Origin: Halodesulfovibrio sp.
Lineage (GTDB): Bacteria; Desulfobacterota; Desulfovibrionia; Desulfovibrionales; Desulfovibrionaceae
Assembly: GCF_015482765.1 (NCBI RefSeq)
Contig: NZ_JADMLB010000057.1
Location: 2,101-26,100 of the forward strand
Reading direction: 5' to 3'
DNA length: 24,000 nucleotides
Shown: positions 23,311 to 24,000 of the stretch, piece after piece
Position numbering within the stretch: the first letter of the stretch is position 1
Layout: each line of letters opens with the position of its first letter
Notes under the pieces: generated by a model
Database searches by the model: none
The model's input: the letters and a program-made list of their open reading frames with translations, nothing else
What the model was told of the DNA's origin: nothing
Position numbers and translations under genes: made by a program

Positions 23311-24000
23311 TTAAATTCCTCGTATTTTAATGAGCTCAATCTCGTTTAACAGAGCTTCACGCATCAACGATACAAGGTGCTTGTTTTTTGAATAGAGGCA
23401 CTGCCCTTTATTTACTTCGAGCGTACCCACTATAACTTCGCTGGTATCAGCGATAATGCGCACATTTTCCGCCGGTGCTTCATTATGCATAAACACAACA
23501 CCGGAAAGGTGCGGGTCCTCATCAGACAGTATAACCACTTTAAGGCCCCGCTCGATACAGTTTTCGAGATCAGGTGTAAGCAGTTTTACTGTTGAGGATG
23601 AAACAGAAAGGTACACCCACCCTTTTGCCAGCAAAATCATATTCCGCATCTTATCAAGGGTGTTCCCGTATCCGGAAATAGTGAGATACGGTGCTTCTTC
23701 CTCTTCCTGTTCCGGTAAATTTTCTTCCAGAAACTCAAGCGTCGACTCGCATGAGCGACGTAAGTTTAAAATAAGTTCTTCTCTCGGAATGGCAGTGTAT
23801 TTACTGGAATCCTCGGAAGAAACAATGGCTCCGCCTTTTTCAACAAGGCTGGATAACGCAGCGTATGCATTGGAGCGGGATATGCCGGAAACCTTTGCGG
23901 CCTCGTACCCCGTCATGGCACCCATTTTACAAAGAGTTACGTACATTAATGACTCTTGCTGAGTGAAACCAAATTTCTTCAATGCCTGAATGAGTTCCAT
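23311..24000 (-). CDS. TrmB-family transcriptional regulator (start coincides with the window edge and may be truncated)
   Basis: The N-terminal winged HTH LKKFGFTQQESLMYVTLCKMGAMTGYEAAKVSGISRSNAYAALSSLVEKG is typical of TrmB. The gene stops 15 nt upstream of lysA. Confidence 0.7.
   Translation of the reverse strand: MELIQALKKFGFTQQESLMYVTLCKMGAMTGYEAAKVSGISRSNAYAALSSLVEKGGAIVSSEDSSKYTAIPREELILNLRRSCESTLEFLEENLPEQEEEEAPYLTISGYGNTLDKMRNMILLAKGWVYLSVSSSTVKLLTPDLENCIERGLKVVILSDEDPHLSGVVFMHNEAPAENVRIIADTSEVIVGTLEVNKGQCLYSKNKHLVSLMREALLNEIELIKIRGI

Noticed and set aside
1-24000. I looked for CRISPR repeats, tRNA or rRNA genes, IS elements or transposase and integrase genes, and long direct repeats.
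   Set aside because: None was recognisable by eye. The intergenic regions contain only short hairpins and palindromes. A proper scan with tRNAscan, Infernal and repeat finders was not possible here.

Overview
The window looks like chromosomal DNA from a sulfate-reducer-like deltaproteobacterium. That placement is inferred from gene content and operon style, not from any search. I found no rRNA, tRNA, CRISPR array or mobile element.

Gene order, left to right:
- a partial Crp/Fnr regulator, divergent from a ferredoxin-like 4Fe-4S protein
- a small secreted protein
- a second Crp/Fnr regulator
- a small orphan protein
- a minus-strand unit: PAS/sigma-54 activator, Na+/solute symporter and an agmatinase-family ureohydrolase, with a very clear -24/-12 promoter and two matching upstream palindromes
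- gltX
- a NifU-C-like protein
- a probable DUF2156 protein and a MATE exporter
- birA, divergent from a long biotin operon
- convergent trmB-like and lysA genes

The main item of interest is the biotin operon: bioB-bioA-[short FabZ-like hotdog, SDR ketoreductase, atypical ACP, KAS I/II, second hotdog]-bioF-bioD. This is a five-gene, translationally coupled, FAS-like module sitting where no canonical bio operon has genes. No bioC, bioH, bioW, bioI or bioZ is present in the window. It is a candidate dedicated route to the pimeloyl thioester. As far as I recall this arrangement was noted by comparative genomics in Desulfovibrio, but the biochemistry is unresolved.

All calls come from hand reading of motifs and the supplied ORF track. 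No database search was run.
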